Positions 9,707-19,544 of a stretch of 64,000 nt of DNA are shown in pieces (the first letter of the stretch is position 1; every line of letters begins with the position of its first letter). The DNA lies in IMG/VR virus record IMGVR_UViG_3300031813_000004, positions 86,157 through 150,156 of that record. One strand, 5' to 3'. The translations under genes were made by a program, and so were the position numbers. The DNA comes from a virus (lineage: Duplodnaviria; Caudoviricetes). Under the pieces are notes generated by a model, which did no database searches, was not told where the DNA came from, and saw only the letters and a program-made list of their open reading frames with translations.

Positions 9707-9718
9707 AAGGAGAATTAA

Positions 9719-10081
9719 ATGTCTATCCAATCTAATAAAGAAGAAAATATTTATATTACAGAAGAACAATTAAACTTAATAATAAAAAAATTATTTAGTT
9801 TTAATTACACTATAATAGAAATTAGATTTTGTGGAACATTACCAGGAATTGAATGTGGAGGTTTAACTTCTAAAGTTAATAAACCTATTAATAATATTTT
9901 AAATGATCTTATTGATATAGGAATTAAAGCTTATACACCTGAAGAAAAAGATGGTTGTTATTCAGATAGACATATAATATATTTTGAGTTAAATCAAGAA
10001 AAAAGAAAAAAAGATTTATCGCCTGAAGAAAGAAGTCCAATTCCTTTTAAAACATATTTCAATATTTCAAAGGAAAATTAA
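9719..10081 (+). CDS. Hypothetical protein
   Basis: ORF with AAGGAG RBS. Confidence 0.6.
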   Translation: MSIQSNKEENIYITEEQLNLIIKKLFSFNYTIIEIRFCGTLPGIECGGLTSKVNKPINNILNDLIDIGIKAYTPEEKDGCYSDRHIIYFELNQEKRKKDLSPEERSPIPFKTYFNISKEN

Positions 10082-10348
10082 ATGATAACATATGAAGTAA
10101 ATGATGAAACAAAATGTTTATTAGGACCAGAATTTTCTAATACTCCGATTGGGCGTGGTGTGGAATGTTGTTGTATATGTAAAAGTCAATTAAAAGTTAA
10201 TTCCCATCCATTAGTAGATGAACAAAAAATGATTAAAGAAACAGGATTTTTTGTTTGTATTTTATTTTATTTAATGGAAAATAGTAATCATTGTGTTATA
10301 TCTCATAAACATGGTGGATGCGAAATGTTTGAAAAAAGGAGTGAATAA
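10082..10348 (+). CDS. Cys-rich hypothetical protein
   Basis: ORF coupled to neighbours. Confidence 0.6.
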   Translation: MITYEVNDETKCLLGPEFSNTPIGRGVECCCICKSQLKVNSHPLVDEQKMIKETGFFVCILFYLMENSNHCVISHKHGGCEMFEKRSE

Positions 10349-10349
10349 A

Positions 10350-11378
10350 GTGAACCTAATTGTTAAAATGTATCATGGTAGTACATTATTTGGTACCAGA
10401 ACACCAGAGAGTGATGTTGATTATAAAGGTGTTTCCTTTCCATTAGTTAGAGATATTATTTTAAATAAATTACCAAGATTTACTGAAAAACATTCGACAG
10501 GAAACCAATATAGTCGAAATACATCTAAAGATAAAGATATAGAAATTTTAAGTTTGTATACGTTTATAGAAGAATCTCTCGCTGGTCAGTCAGGAGCATT
10601 TGATATGCTTCATACTCCAAAAGATAAAATTATTCAAGGTTCATTATTATGGAATACAATTGTTACAAATAGAGAAAAATTTTATAGCAAACAAGTAGTT
10701 TCTTTTGTTGGTTTTGCTCAATCACAAGCATCTAAATATTCAGTTAAAGGAGATCGACTTAATACCATAGTTGAAGTAATTGAATGGTTTAAAAAACAGA
10801 TTGAAGAACATAAAGCAACTAAAGATAATAAAATTAAAATTAAAGAATGTGATTTATCTACATTCCCTACAGGTGAATGGATACAATTTATACCAGCTGA
10901 TCAAATACCAAAGAATCATCCAGACCAACCCACATTTGATACATATGAAATTTGTGGTTGCCAATTTCAAGTTACAGTTCAATTAACATTTGCATTAGAA
11001 ATATTGGAAAATAAATTACAGAGATATGGAGATAGAGCTAAGAAAGCTGCTAAAATGGAAGGAGCAGATTGGAAGGCAATATCACATGCATTTAGAGCAG
11101 CATATCAAGCTAAAGAATTATTTACCAATTACACAATTACATTTCCAAGACCTGAATCTAAGTTTCTAACTGATATTAAACTTGGAGTTTATAAATATAC
11201 TGATTTAGAAACTCAACTTGAAGAATTGATTTTAGAAACTAGAGAAACCATGGATAAAAGTGATATACCAGAACATCCTGATTATAAATTTTGGGAAGAA
11301 TTTACTTATGATGTTATTTTAAATCATATTAAATCTGAAATATGTTTAGATTGTTCAAATTTACCAAGTATGGTTTAA
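10350..11378 (+). CDS. Pol-beta-like nucleotidyltransferase (RlaP / T4 NrdC.11-like)
   Basis: HGSTLFGTRTPESDVDYKG motif; DWKAISHAFR; GTG start after AAGGAG. Confidence 0.8.
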   Translation: MNLIVKMYHGSTLFGTRTPESDVDYKGVSFPLVRDIILNKLPRFTEKHSTGNQYSRNTSKDKDIEILSLYTFIEESLAGQSGAFDMLHTPKDKIIQGSLLWNTIVTNREKFYSKQVVSFVGFAQSQASKYSVKGDRLNTIVEVIEWFKKQIEEHKATKDNKIKIKECDLSTFPTGEWIQFIPADQIPKNHPDQPTFDTYEICGCQFQVTVQLTFALEILENKLQRYGDRAKKAAKMEGADWKAISHAFRAAYQAKELFTNYTITFPRPESKFLTDIKLGVYKYTDLETQLEELILETRETMDKSDIPEHPDYKFWEEFTYDVILNHIKSEICLDCSNLPSMV

Positions 11379-11391
11379 ATAAGGAATAATT

Positions 11392-11757
11392 ATGGCAATT
11401 AAACATGTAGTTTATGTTAGAAAACCACATATTCAATCACTAGCTGCTTTAATTAAACTTAAACGTGATTATCAAGAACAAAGTGTAAAAGAATGGTTAG
11501 ATTTTAGATTAAAATATTTAACTAAATTTAGATTAATTCATGGTGATTTATTCTGTTATAAATGTGGAAAAACTGGATTACTTGAAGAAGTTGAAGATAA
11601 TAATTTACAAAATCAAATACTTGCTACAGTTGAGCATATTATACCTATTTCAATAGGTGGTGATAAATATGACGAATCAAATTTAACAGTATCTTGTTAT
11701 AAGTGTAATCAAAGAGATGATAATAAAATTAAATCAAGTAAATTAAAAAGGAAATAA
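11392..11757 (+). CDS. HNH endonuclease
   Basis: CYKCG...ATVEHIIPIS.GG...NL..SCYKCN. Confidence 0.85.
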   Translation: MAIKHVVYVRKPHIQSLAALIKLKRDYQEQSVKEWLDFRLKYLTKFRLIHGDLFCYKCGKTGLLEEVEDNNLQNQILATVEHIIPISIGGDKYDESNLTVSCYKCNQRDDNKIKSSKLKRK

Positions 11758-11759
11758 TA

Positions 11760-12065
11760 GTGAGTGAAATTTTTGAAGAAACTATAAAATTTAAAGATGG
11801 AACTTTTTGTAACTATCGAGAGTATAAATGGGAAGGAGCTTATATACCTTCATCAAGACATTGGTGCCCTTTATGTAATGAAGAAATAGAAAAAAATGAT
11901 ATAACATATTTAGCTATTAATAATTTTAAACTTTTTCCAAATGCAGTAATACATAAATCATGTATTGGTGATAAATCATTAGAAGGTTTAACAATAGATT
12001 TAAAAGATAAATATGAAAAATATAAAAAATTCATATCAAATAATTTAGCATGGATAAATGATTGA
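11760..12065 (+). CDS. Zn-binding hypothetical protein
   Basis: CPLC...HKSC. Confidence 0.6.
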   Translation: MSEIFEETIKFKDGTFCNYREYKWEGAYIPSSRHWCPLCNEEIEKNDITYLAINNFKLFPNAVIHKSCIGDKSLEGLTIDLKDKYEKYKKFISNNLAWIND

Positions 12066-12237
12066 AAAATATAAAAAATTTCTTTTATATATTATTATTT
12101 GGTAAATGGTCTTGTGGTTATGAATATTGGAATGGAAAACCTAAATTAGAATTTGTAAAAGAATATTATGATGGTTGGCATTATGTATTACATATTGGTT
12201 CATTATGGATTGAAATAGATTATTAAGGAGAATAAAA

Positions 12238-12468
12238 ATGAAATGTCAAAGATGTGATTCAGATAGAATATTATCAGTAAGTGGAAAATCAAATGATATG
12301 AATGATTTTGAATTTAAAAATAAAAAACGAAATGATTATGTTCCTTCTGGATTAAATATTGGGGCTGGTGATTATATTCATTTTAAAACTTGTTTAGAAT
12401 GTGGTCAAATACAAGGTAATTTCCCAGTTAAGAATCCATCTTTTTATGAAGAACAAAAGGGAGAATAA
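12238..12468 (+). CDS. Zn-ribbon protein
   Basis: CQRC...CLECGQIQG. Confidence 0.65.
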   Translation: MKCQRCDSDRILSVSGKSNDMNDFEFKNKKRNDYVPSGLNIGAGDYIHFKTCLECGQIQGNFPVKNPSFYEEQKGE

Positions 12469-12882
12469 GTGAATAATTATAAAACTAAAATGGTAATAGT
12501 TTGGAGAAATGATTTAAAAGTTAGAAAAGGAAAATTCGGGAGTCAGATCGGGCATGCTGTATTAGGAATATTTACTAAAAATATGGAATTGTATTCATTT
12601 GATACAAGTAGTGGTAGAGTTGGAACTATGTCAATGGATGTAAATCAAGATATGATTGAATGGTTTGAAAACTCATTTGCTAAAATTTGTTTGAGTTGTG
12701 ACAGCGAAGAAGAACTATTAGAATTATACAAAAAAGCAGAAGAAGCTAAATTACCTTGTATATTAATAACTGATAATGGGACTACTGAATTTCATGGAGT
12801 TAAAACAAATACATGTATAGGAATAGGTCCAGCTAAAAGTGAAGAAATAGATAAAATTACTGGTCACCTTAAGTTGGTGTAA
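12469..12882 (+). CDS. pth2: Peptidyl-tRNA hydrolase, Pth2 type
   Basis: KMVIV.RNDL..RKGK..SQ.GHA, KICL, I.D.G.TEF, T..GIGP....IDKITGHL.L. Confidence 0.92.
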   Translation: MNNYKTKMVIVWRNDLKVRKGKFGSQIGHAVLGIFTKNMELYSFDTSSGRVGTMSMDVNQDMIEWFENSFAKICLSCDSEEELLELYKKAEEAKLPCILITDNGTTEFHGVKTNTCIGIGPAKSEEIDKITGHLKLV

Positions 12883-12897
12883 TTTGGAGGTTAAATT

Positions 12898-13359
12898 ATG
12901 GATAAGATTGATTTAGTAAAAATGGATATAAAAGAACATCAAGAAATGGTAAAACAATTTGCAGGAAAAATTATTGCTCTTTTGGAGGAAAGAGTTAAGT
13001 ATCATGATATGAGTAAACTAATGCCACCAGAAGTTGAAATATTTGCAGATGCACCAAAAAGAAATGCAATTGAATATCAATCAGAAGAATATAAAGATAA
13101 TATAAAAGTAAAATTAGAGGTAGCTCTTAAACATCATTATGCGAGAAATAGACACCATCCTGAACATTTTGAAAATGGTATAAGTGATATGAATTTAATT
13201 GATTTATTAGAATTAGTTTGTGATTGGAAAGCTAGTTCATTGGGGCAAGATGATGGAAATGTATTAACACAAATGACAAAGAATAAAGAAAGATTTAAAT
13301 TAGATGAACAATTATATCACTTAATTAAAAATACAATGGAACTATTTGAGTTAATTTAA
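12898..13359 (+). CDS. HD-like protein (DUF5662-like)
   Basis: HDMSKL, HHY..NRHHPEH, DLLE.VCDW. Confidence 0.75.
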   Translation: MDKIDLVKMDIKEHQEMVKQFAGKIIALLEERVKYHDMSKLMPPEVEIFADAPKRNAIEYQSEEYKDNIKVKLEVALKHHYARNRHHPEHFENGISDMNLIDLLELVCDWKASSLGQDDGNVLTQMTKNKERFKLDEQLYHLIKNTMELFELI

Positions 13360-13373
13360 AAAGGAGAAACATA

Positions 13374-13604
13374 ATGAAAAGCGAATTAGTAAAAAAAGAA
13401 ACAAAACAACAATACCCATGTTTAATGAAATTTAAAGATAATGATAGAAAAGGAACTTTTATAGTTTTATTTAATGTTTATGGTAGTGGAGTCATAGTTT
13501 ATACAGAAAGAAATGACAATTCAAGTGTTGGTTCTTATTATAGTGCTTGGGATATGAACAATTTTACTTTAACTAATGACAAAATTATTTTATCAAATGA
13601 ATGA
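13374..13604 (+). CDS. Hypothetical protein
   Basis: ORF with RBS. Confidence 0.6.
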   Translation: MKSELVKKETKQQYPCLMKFKDNDRKGTFIVLFNVYGSGVIVYTERNDNSSVGSYYSAWDMNNFTLTNDKIILSNE

Positions 13605-13774
13605 AACAAAAATATATTTTAGATTATGAAATAAATCAACCTTCAACATGTTATGATTGTAAATATAGATTTTGGGATGAATTATTAAATTATTGTTTTT
13701 GTCAAATTAACCAAAGACCTTATTTAAAAGATGTTAATAAAATGTGGGAATGTGATGGATATTATGAAAACTAA
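13601..13774 (+). CDS. CxxC-DEL-C mini-protein (satellite member 1; absent from ORF track)
   Basis: Manual translation MKQKYILDYEINQPSTCYDCKYRFWDELLNYCFCQINQRPY...ECDGYYEN. Confidence 0.75.
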   Translation: MKQKYILDYEINQPSTCYDCKYRFWDELLNYCFCQINQRPYLKDVNKMWECDGYYEN

Positions 13775-13952
13775 AAAACTACCAATGGATTTTTCATACC
13801 CAGTAAAATGTGTTGATTGCAAACATAGATTTGAAGATGAATTATTAAAGTATTGTTTTTGCAAAATAGAACAAAGACCATATTATCAAAAAATTGGATA
13901 TGATGCTACAACAAGAGAGTGTGATGGGTATGAAAAAGAAAATATATTCTAG
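13764..13952 (+). CDS. CxxC-DEL-C mini-protein (satellite member 2)
   Basis: CVDCKHRFEDELLKYCFC..QRPY...ECDGY. Confidence 0.75.
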   Translation: MKTKKLPMDFSYPVKCVDCKHRFEDELLKYCFCKIEQRPYYQKIGYDATTRECDGYEKENIF

Positions 13953-14112
13953 TTGTATTTTTCCAGGCTTCTTTTGTAAAAGATGTAAATATTTATTTTA
14001 TGATGAATTAGTTCATTGGAATATATGTATGATGAATAAAACTCCATATCAAGAGGAAAGTGATAGATATTCAAAATATCACTGCGAGTTTAGAATAATA
14101 CAGGAGGGTTGA
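13930..14112 (+). CDS. CxxC-DEL-C mini-protein (satellite member 3)
   Basis: CKRCKYLFYDELVHWNIC...HC. Confidence 0.7.
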   Translation: MKKKIYSSCIFPGFFCKRCKYLFYDELVHWNICMMNKTPYQEESDRYSKYHCEFRIIQEG

Positions 14113-14357
14113 TTATGCAAAAATCAAAAGCTCCATGGTCGCATGAAGAAGTTGCAAATTTAAAGAAAAGACAAACAATTGGAATTATGCATGAGTATAC
14201 ATGTGGTTGTGGAAGGTCTTTAATACCAACAATTGAAGGTTGGAAATGTGTATGTAAACCTGGAGTAATTCAAAATTGGGCTGAACAAGCAGATGCTGAT
14301 GGAAGGTTTATAGAATTTGCAAATGATATAAAAAATAAATTTGAGGGATTAAAATGA
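14109..14357 (+). CDS. Hypothetical Zn-binding protein
   Basis: HEYTC...GWKC..C pattern. Confidence 0.6.
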   Translation: MIMQKSKAPWSHEEVANLKKRQTIGIMHEYTCGCGRSLIPTIEGWKCVCKPGVIQNWAEQADADGRFIEFANDIKNKFEGLK

Positions 14358-14602
14358 GATCTCTTATTAAAATAATTAAGGAATGTATTTGGGAATATTT
14401 TCATCCTATTTCTTGTTTTAAACAAATGTTGGAAGAATCTAAAAATAAAAAGGAGAATAAGTAAATGGAAGCTTTATGTAAAGAATGTTGTAATTGTAAG
14501 ATGTTTAAAGAAGGTAAATGTTCATTAGGTTTAAATGAATCTGCTATTAATTGTGGTAGTTGGACGAATAAACTTCAACTTTTACAGGAATAATGATAAC
14601 GG

Positions 14603-14647
14603 AAAAATGTACCACTCAATTTTTTATATTGAGTGGTACATTTTTTT
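14603..14647. terminator. Bidirectional intrinsic terminator
   Basis: AAAAATGTACCACTCAAT / ATTGAGTGGTACATTTTT between convergent blocks. Confidence 0.85.
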
Positions 14648-14656
14648 GTTTAAATT

Positions 14657-16582
14657 TTATTGAATATAAAAATTGTTCATAATGATTTCTAAAGGTGTAT
14701 CAGGATTCAAGATTATAGTCGAATGGCATCTCTTAGTCTTTAGCTCGTAATCAGTTGCAGAGACTTCAACACTAAAAGAATTCAAACCTCTCCGTTTTTG
14801 AATGTCATTCAAAAATGAAACTATCTCACCATTAATTTTACTCCAAGTAATTGCATCATTCTGCTCAAAAATATATGCTCGACAGAATTGAGCCAATGCT
14901 CTCTTAATGAACATATACATTCTAACTACGCTTAAATTTTGCATTTTTGAAGATTGAGTCTGGCTAGTAAGATTACCCCAAACTGTATATCCTTCATTGA
15001 ACTTAACAATAGGATTTAATTGAGCAAGATAGAATTGATCCCTATCACCTAACTTTGGATTATATCTTAATTGTTTAATTGTATCTATTGATCCTCTATT
15101 GAATCCTGCTGCAGCAAACCACAATTCTGCAACATTATCATTTCTAGGAAGAATATAAGCCATATGATAAACAGGTGAAACCCAGATATCTTGACCAGTA
15201 AAAATATCATAAACTTGATTGTATTCTTCATAAAGTGCAGTATGAAAATCATTAAATACATTTACATTCTGTCTCGTTGTTAATGCAGCAGATACATTTG
15301 CATTATCACCATTATCAAGAATTGCAACACAATCATCTCTAACTTGAGCTAATGTTGCAATTTGAGTTTTAACATCATTAGGATAACCACCATCAAACAC
15401 CATTGAGAAATAAATATTTTCAGTGTCTAATACTGAATCATCAAGCAAACCAGCATAACCATCTGCTAATATCTGAGTTGCAGTTACAGTATTTAATGTT
15501 CCATTACTAGTCACTAATCCACCATCTGAACCAAATTTCATAGCTGTTGGAATATTAGAAGTAAATGCAAAAGAAATATCTAAATTGAAAGTTTTAACTT
15601 GGTATGTAACAACAGTATTTACATTAAAAGAAGTTGTGTCGCCTGACCAACCAAGAGTGGTTAACCCAGAATTTGAATAAACATTAACTTCAGTTCCGTT
15701 ATTGGTTGGGGTATTCCCAAGATAACCATAAATTTTGTTGCCCCAAGAATCTATAGCAATAACTTTATAACCAGCCCATTGTGTAAAATTTTGTTTGTCA
15801 TCACTAATATTAGCAGGAGTTAAATTAACAGAAACGCTACCTACATTATTAGCATAAACTTTAATAGTTTTGTAATAACCAGAAGTGTAATCTCCACCAT
15901 CTGATACATTCATTAAAGCTCTTAATATTGAAGAATAAGTATTAAGTACATAAACAATCCAAGTAGAATCACCAGATAAATCTGTAGAATTAGGATCAAA
16001 TGAAACTTGGAAAGATTCAACAATAACTTCTGACCCATTTGATTGAACTTGATAAATATCTAAAATATAAAGGCCTGATACTAAAGGATTTGAATATTTA
16101 GTAAATCTAACACCCAATGAATTATAAAAATCACCTCTACCAACTGGATATAAAATACAAAGGGGAAAAACAGAAGTTCCATCAGTTGCATTTAATGCAG
16201 TATAAATCGAATCCATTGTATTTAATGAGTTATTATATTTAACTTGAATAGCAGGAACATTCCCAACATCTGTAACATTAATCTGTAAGTTAGAATATGC
16301 AGCATCAGTAGGCATGCATCTCATAAAATAAAATGAGCCAGATTCATTTAAATAATTATAAGCCATATATGGAGCTTGCCCATAATTTTTACCATAAGTA
16401 TTGATATTTGGTTGACCAAATTGAGAAGTTAATGAAGTATTAGAACTTAGATAAGTTAAAATATTATCTGGTCCTTGTTTAGTTAAACCTGAAATAAACC
16501 CTATTGTTCCAGGAACAACTCCAACATAATTACTTAAATCAGTAAGTGTGGAATATACGCCTGGGGATATTGGAGTTGCCAT
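14657..16582 (-). CDS. Contractile tail sheath protein
   Basis: SPGVY..TDLS N-terminus; WFAAAGFNRG; LNPIV; WGNLT; VRMY.FIKR...YIFEQND..TW. Confidence 0.92.
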   Translation of the reverse strand: MATPISPGVYSTLTDLSNYVGVVPGTIGFISGLTKQGPDNILTYLSSNTSLTSQFGQPNINTYGKNYGQAPYMAYNYLNESGSFYFMRCMPTDAAYSNLQINVTDVGNVPAIQVKYNNSLNTMDSIYTALNATDGTSVFPLCILYPVGRGDFYNSLGVRFTKYSNPLVSGLYILDIYQVQSNGSEVIVESFQVSFDPNSTDLSGDSTWIVYVLNTYSSILRALMNVSDGGDYTSGYYKTIKVYANNVGSVSVNLTPANISDDKQNFTQWAGYKVIAIDSWGNKIYGYLGNTPTNNGTEVNVYSNSGLTTLGWSGDTTSFNVNTVVTYQVKTFNLDISFAFTSNIPTAMKFGSDGGLVTSNGTLNTVTATQILADGYAGLLDDSVLDTENIYFSMVFDGGYPNDVKTQIATLAQVRDDCVAILDNGDNANVSAALTTRQNVNVFNDFHTALYEEYNQVYDIFTGQDIWVSPVYHMAYILPRNDNVAELWFAAAGFNRGSIDTIKQLRYNPKLGDRDQFYLAQLNPIVKFNEGYTVWGNLTSQTQSSKMQNLSVVRMYMFIKRALAQFCRAYIFEQNDAITWSKINGEIVSFLNDIQKRRGLNSFSVEVSATDYELKTKRCHSTIILNPDTPLEIIMNNFYIQ

Positions 16583-16619
16583 CTGTTTTCTCCTCCTATG
16601 TTACTATTTATTTTATACG

Positions 16620-17291
16620 TTATACGTAGATGTACCACACAAATAATAATGGTCTTGTTGAATCTTTAACTAATGTAGGGAATGTAACTCTGGCAAATAA
16701 ATGAAATGGACCTGTATAATTTCCAGAATTACTAGCAGCGGTATATAAACCAGCTTCATTTATTTGACTACCATTTGCATCATTAGTTCCGATAGATGTA
16801 ATAACTCTACAAATTAAATATGCATTATTGTTTGAAGAATCTTGTTCAAAATCTACAGAATCAAATGGATGTTTTGTATATCCTCCCAATATTGAACTAA
16901 ATCCAGAACATGTTGCATCAGTTGGGTTTATCATGATTTTAGATTGTAAGTCAGTATCAGTACTATTTGCAACATATGGTACAAAAGGATTTTGAGAAGG
17001 TGCTCCACCATTACCTAAACCTAACCAGCATATGAATTCATTTTGAACTGCAGTAGAATCAGATATTGCTGCTAAATTAGGCATATTGAACATTCTACAA
17101 GCTACAATACTTCTTCCTTGATACACTACTAAATTTGATTTTTGAATTAATTTTTTTTGTCCTTCTTCATCAACTTCAAATATATGGACCATACCTAAAG
17201 GTTTTCTTTCTGTTCTATCAGGACACATTGAATCATTAAAGCAATGTTCACCATAATGATCATCTATCTTTATAACTTTAGTTTTTTCCAT
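16620..17291 (-). CDS. Baseplate / tail-collar-like virion protein
   Basis: NLVV..GR, GLGNGG, INEAGLY...LFARVTFPTLVK...FVWYIY; adjacent to sheath. Confidence 0.65.
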   Translation of the reverse strand: MEKTKVIKIDDHYGEHCFNDSMCPDRTERKPLGMVHIFEVDEEGQKKLIQKSNLVVYQGRSIVACRMFNMPNLAAISDSTAVQNEFICWLGLGNGGAPSQNPFVPYVANSTDTDLQSKIMINPTDATCSGFSSILGGYTKHPFDSVDFEQDSSNNNAYLICRVITSIGTNDANGSQINEAGLYTAASNSGNYTGPFHLFARVTFPTLVKDSTRPLLFVWYIYV

Positions 17292-17337
17292 ATTTTATAT
17301 TATTCCTTTATATTTTTTATGTGAACTCATTTCTTAA

Positions 17338-17347
17338 ATTTGTTCTT
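17338..17347 (-). promoter_or_regulatory. Putative late promoter motif AAGAACAAAT
   Basis: Upstream of baseplate/sheath operon. Confidence 0.55.
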
Positions 17348-17394
17348 ATTTATTTCTAATATCAGTTCTAAATTTTTAAGAATTCTTTATTATG

Positions 17395-17410
17395 CTATAT
17401 ATATTAATTA
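17395..17410 (+). promoter_or_regulatory. Putative early promoter motif CTATATATATTAATTA
   Basis: Identical to 5667 and 35539. Confidence 0.7.
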
Positions 17411-17471
17411 CTAAGAAGAAGTATTTTGGGTGTTTTTAGAATACCCACAAATTACAAAAGGAGATATGAAA

Positions 17472-17954
17472 ATGTCAAATGTATTTAAAGAAAATGTCGT
17501 GTTCTCCGCCTACAGCAAGTTCTTTGGGGAACTAAAAGATCGGGCAACAACGGCGGGAAGCTCAACGAAGAAAAGAATTCATGACAGCATCAAAGAAGCA
17601 TTTCCCGGCCTGGACAGTGACGTAAAAGAGGCAGCGAAAAAGATCGATGCCTCAATGACCGAGGTATCTGAAATCAAAATGATGATACTCGGTCTGGAAA
17701 AGAAGTTGGAAAAGGTCCAGGAAGAAGTAGCAACAAACCAGAAGGAAATAAAAAAGGGATTGACCATCCTGACTGAAGCCATCCAGATGGCTCAGAAAGG
17801 CCCGGCTGAAACCTCAGCAGAACTGGTCAAACTGACCAACGCAGTCGACGACACCAATAAGATCGTAATAAATCTCATGGGAGGAAACAGCAGGATAATC
17901 CCAACCATCAAAAAACAGCTGGCAGGAAAAAAAGATCCGACGGTTTCGGGTTGA
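17472..17954 (+). CDS. Coiled-coil protein with anomalously high GC
   Basis: Heptad-like helical sequence; GC about 45% by spot counts; AAGGAG 8 nt upstream of ATG 17472. Confidence 0.75.
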   Translation: MSNVFKENVVFSAYSKFFGELKDRATTAGSSTKKRIHDSIKEAFPGLDSDVKEAAKKIDASMTEVSEIKMMILGLEKKLEKVQEEVATNQKEIKKGLTILTEAIQMAQKGPAETSAELVKLTNAVDDTNKIVINLMGGNSRIIPTIKKQLAGKKDPTVSG

Positions 17955-17959
17955 TTTAG

Positions 17960-17999
17960 AAAAACAAAATTGGGGTAGTATTTCCCAATTTTGTTTTTT
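17960..17999 (+). terminator. Intrinsic terminator
   Basis: AAAAACAAAATTGGG / CCCAATTTTGTTTTT. Confidence 0.8.
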
Positions 18000-18042
18000 G
18001 TAGCTTTATTTTCTCTTTTAAACAATATTTTTATTTTGTTAC

Positions 18043-18092
18043 AACCAGAACATCTGTGAACCCTTCTCACATAAGGGTTTACTGTTCTGGTT
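18043..18092. other. Long intergenic stem-loop
   Basis: AACCAGAACA/TGTTCTGGTT plus GTGAACCCTT/AAGGGTTTAC stems, 3-nt bulge, 7-nt loop. Confidence 0.6.
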
Positions 18093-18146
18093 ATATGAAC
18101 AAAATACTGAAGGTAAATTACATTGTTTATATGGGAGAAAAATACA

Positions 18147-19337
18147 ATGAGTAATCAACCAGCTTCAAAATTAACAATTTTTATGAAAGAAAATTTTAAA
18201 AAATCAAATAAAGAGTTATTAGATATTGCTATAAAAGATTTTAATTATTCTTATGGTCCTGGTTCATTTTCAACTTATATTAATAGACTTAGAAAAAAAT
18301 TTAAAAATATAGAAGTAAAAGAAGTACAACCACAACAAGACTTTATTAAATTAATTCAATCTAGAAAAATAATATCTCTATTTGAATTAACAAAAATATT
18401 ACATTGTGATGGAACAGAATTAATTAAATTAATTGATGATTATAAAACTCAAGGTTATCATATAATTATTGATAATGATATATTACATTATGGAGCTTAT
18501 AATATTAATACTGGAATTATAAAACCTAATCAATTAGAAGAAAAAGAAATAATTTTTGCTGCAGCTTCTGATTTACATTTTGGGTCTAAAGCATGCCAAA
18601 TAACTGCATTAAATGAATTTTGTAATGAATGTAGAAAACAAGGAGTTAAACATATTTTTTCACCTGGAGATGTTACGGCTGGAAGACATGTATATCCAGG
18701 TCAAGAATTTGACTTATATGAATTATCTGCACAAGGGCAAACTGACTCATTATTAGCAAATTTACAAACTGGATTTGATTGGTGGATATTGGGTGGTAAT
18801 CATGACTATTCTCATATTAAAAATGGTAGTTATAATCCATTAAATGTAATGTCAAGTAAAAGACATGATTTACATAACTTAGGTTATGATGAATGTGTTG
18901 TTCCTATTTTAAATGGAATTGATTTACAAATGTGGCATCCTTCTGGTGGAGTTCCTTATTCAATTTCTTATAGATTACAAAAAGGTGTTGAACAATTAGC
19001 ATTCTCTGAATTATTATCAGTATCTAGAGGACTGAAAGAAAAACCATCTATTAAGTTTGTATTATGTGGTCACTTACATATTCAAATGCAAGCATTATTT
19101 GGAAGTATTTTTGGAATGCAATGTGGAGCATTTGAGGGAGTTACAAACTACTTAAAAAGAAAAGGATTAGTTCCGGCTATTGGTGGATATATTGTTAAAG
19201 CTAATATTAAAAATAATGGAATATTAAACTTTGAAGCTAAATTTTATTTATACCCAGAAATTATAGATGATTGGAAAAATTATTCACATTCATACAATGA
19301 AGAGAAGATTCAACTTAAACCAATTTTAGAAGGATAA
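18147..19337 (+). CDS. Calcineurin-like metallophosphoesterase with N-terminal HTH-like region
   Basis: SDLHFGS, GDVTAG, GNHD, WHP, GHLH motifs. Confidence 0.88.
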   Translation: MSNQPASKLTIFMKENFKKSNKELLDIAIKDFNYSYGPGSFSTYINRLRKKFKNIEVKEVQPQQDFIKLIQSRKIISLFELTKILHCDGTELIKLIDDYKTQGYHIIIDNDILHYGAYNINTGIIKPNQLEEKEIIFAAASDLHFGSKACQITALNEFCNECRKQGVKHIFSPGDVTAGRHVYPGQEFDLYELSAQGQTDSLLANLQTGFDWWILGGNHDYSHIKNGSYNPLNVMSSKRHDLHNLGYDECVVPILNGIDLQMWHPSGGVPYSISYRLQKGVEQLAFSELLSVSRGLKEKPSIKFVLCGHLHIQMQALFGSIFGMQCGAFEGVTNYLKRKGLVPAIGGYIVKANIKNNGILNFEAKFYLYPEIIDDWKNYSHSYNEEKIQLKPILEG

Positions 19338-19340
19338 AAT

Positions 19341-19544
19341 ATGGGTTCCATAAAATTCTTTGATGAAGAATTAGAAATTACTACTAATGAATATGTTGAA
19401 GAATATTGTAGTTGTTGTAAACATTTAGAATATTTAGATAAATTAGTTTATTTTGTTATATGTAAGTTACCTTATTCAGAATCAATATGGGATAATCGTA
19501 AAGATATTAATATGTGTTATGATTTTAAAAGAAAGGATGAATAA
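19341..19544 (+). CDS. CxxC-DEL-C mini-protein 1
   Basis: CSCCKHLEYLDKLVYFVIC. Confidence 0.8.
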   Translation: MGSIKFFDEELEITTNEYVEEYCSCCKHLEYLDKLVYFVICKLPYSESIWDNRKDINMCYDFKRKDE

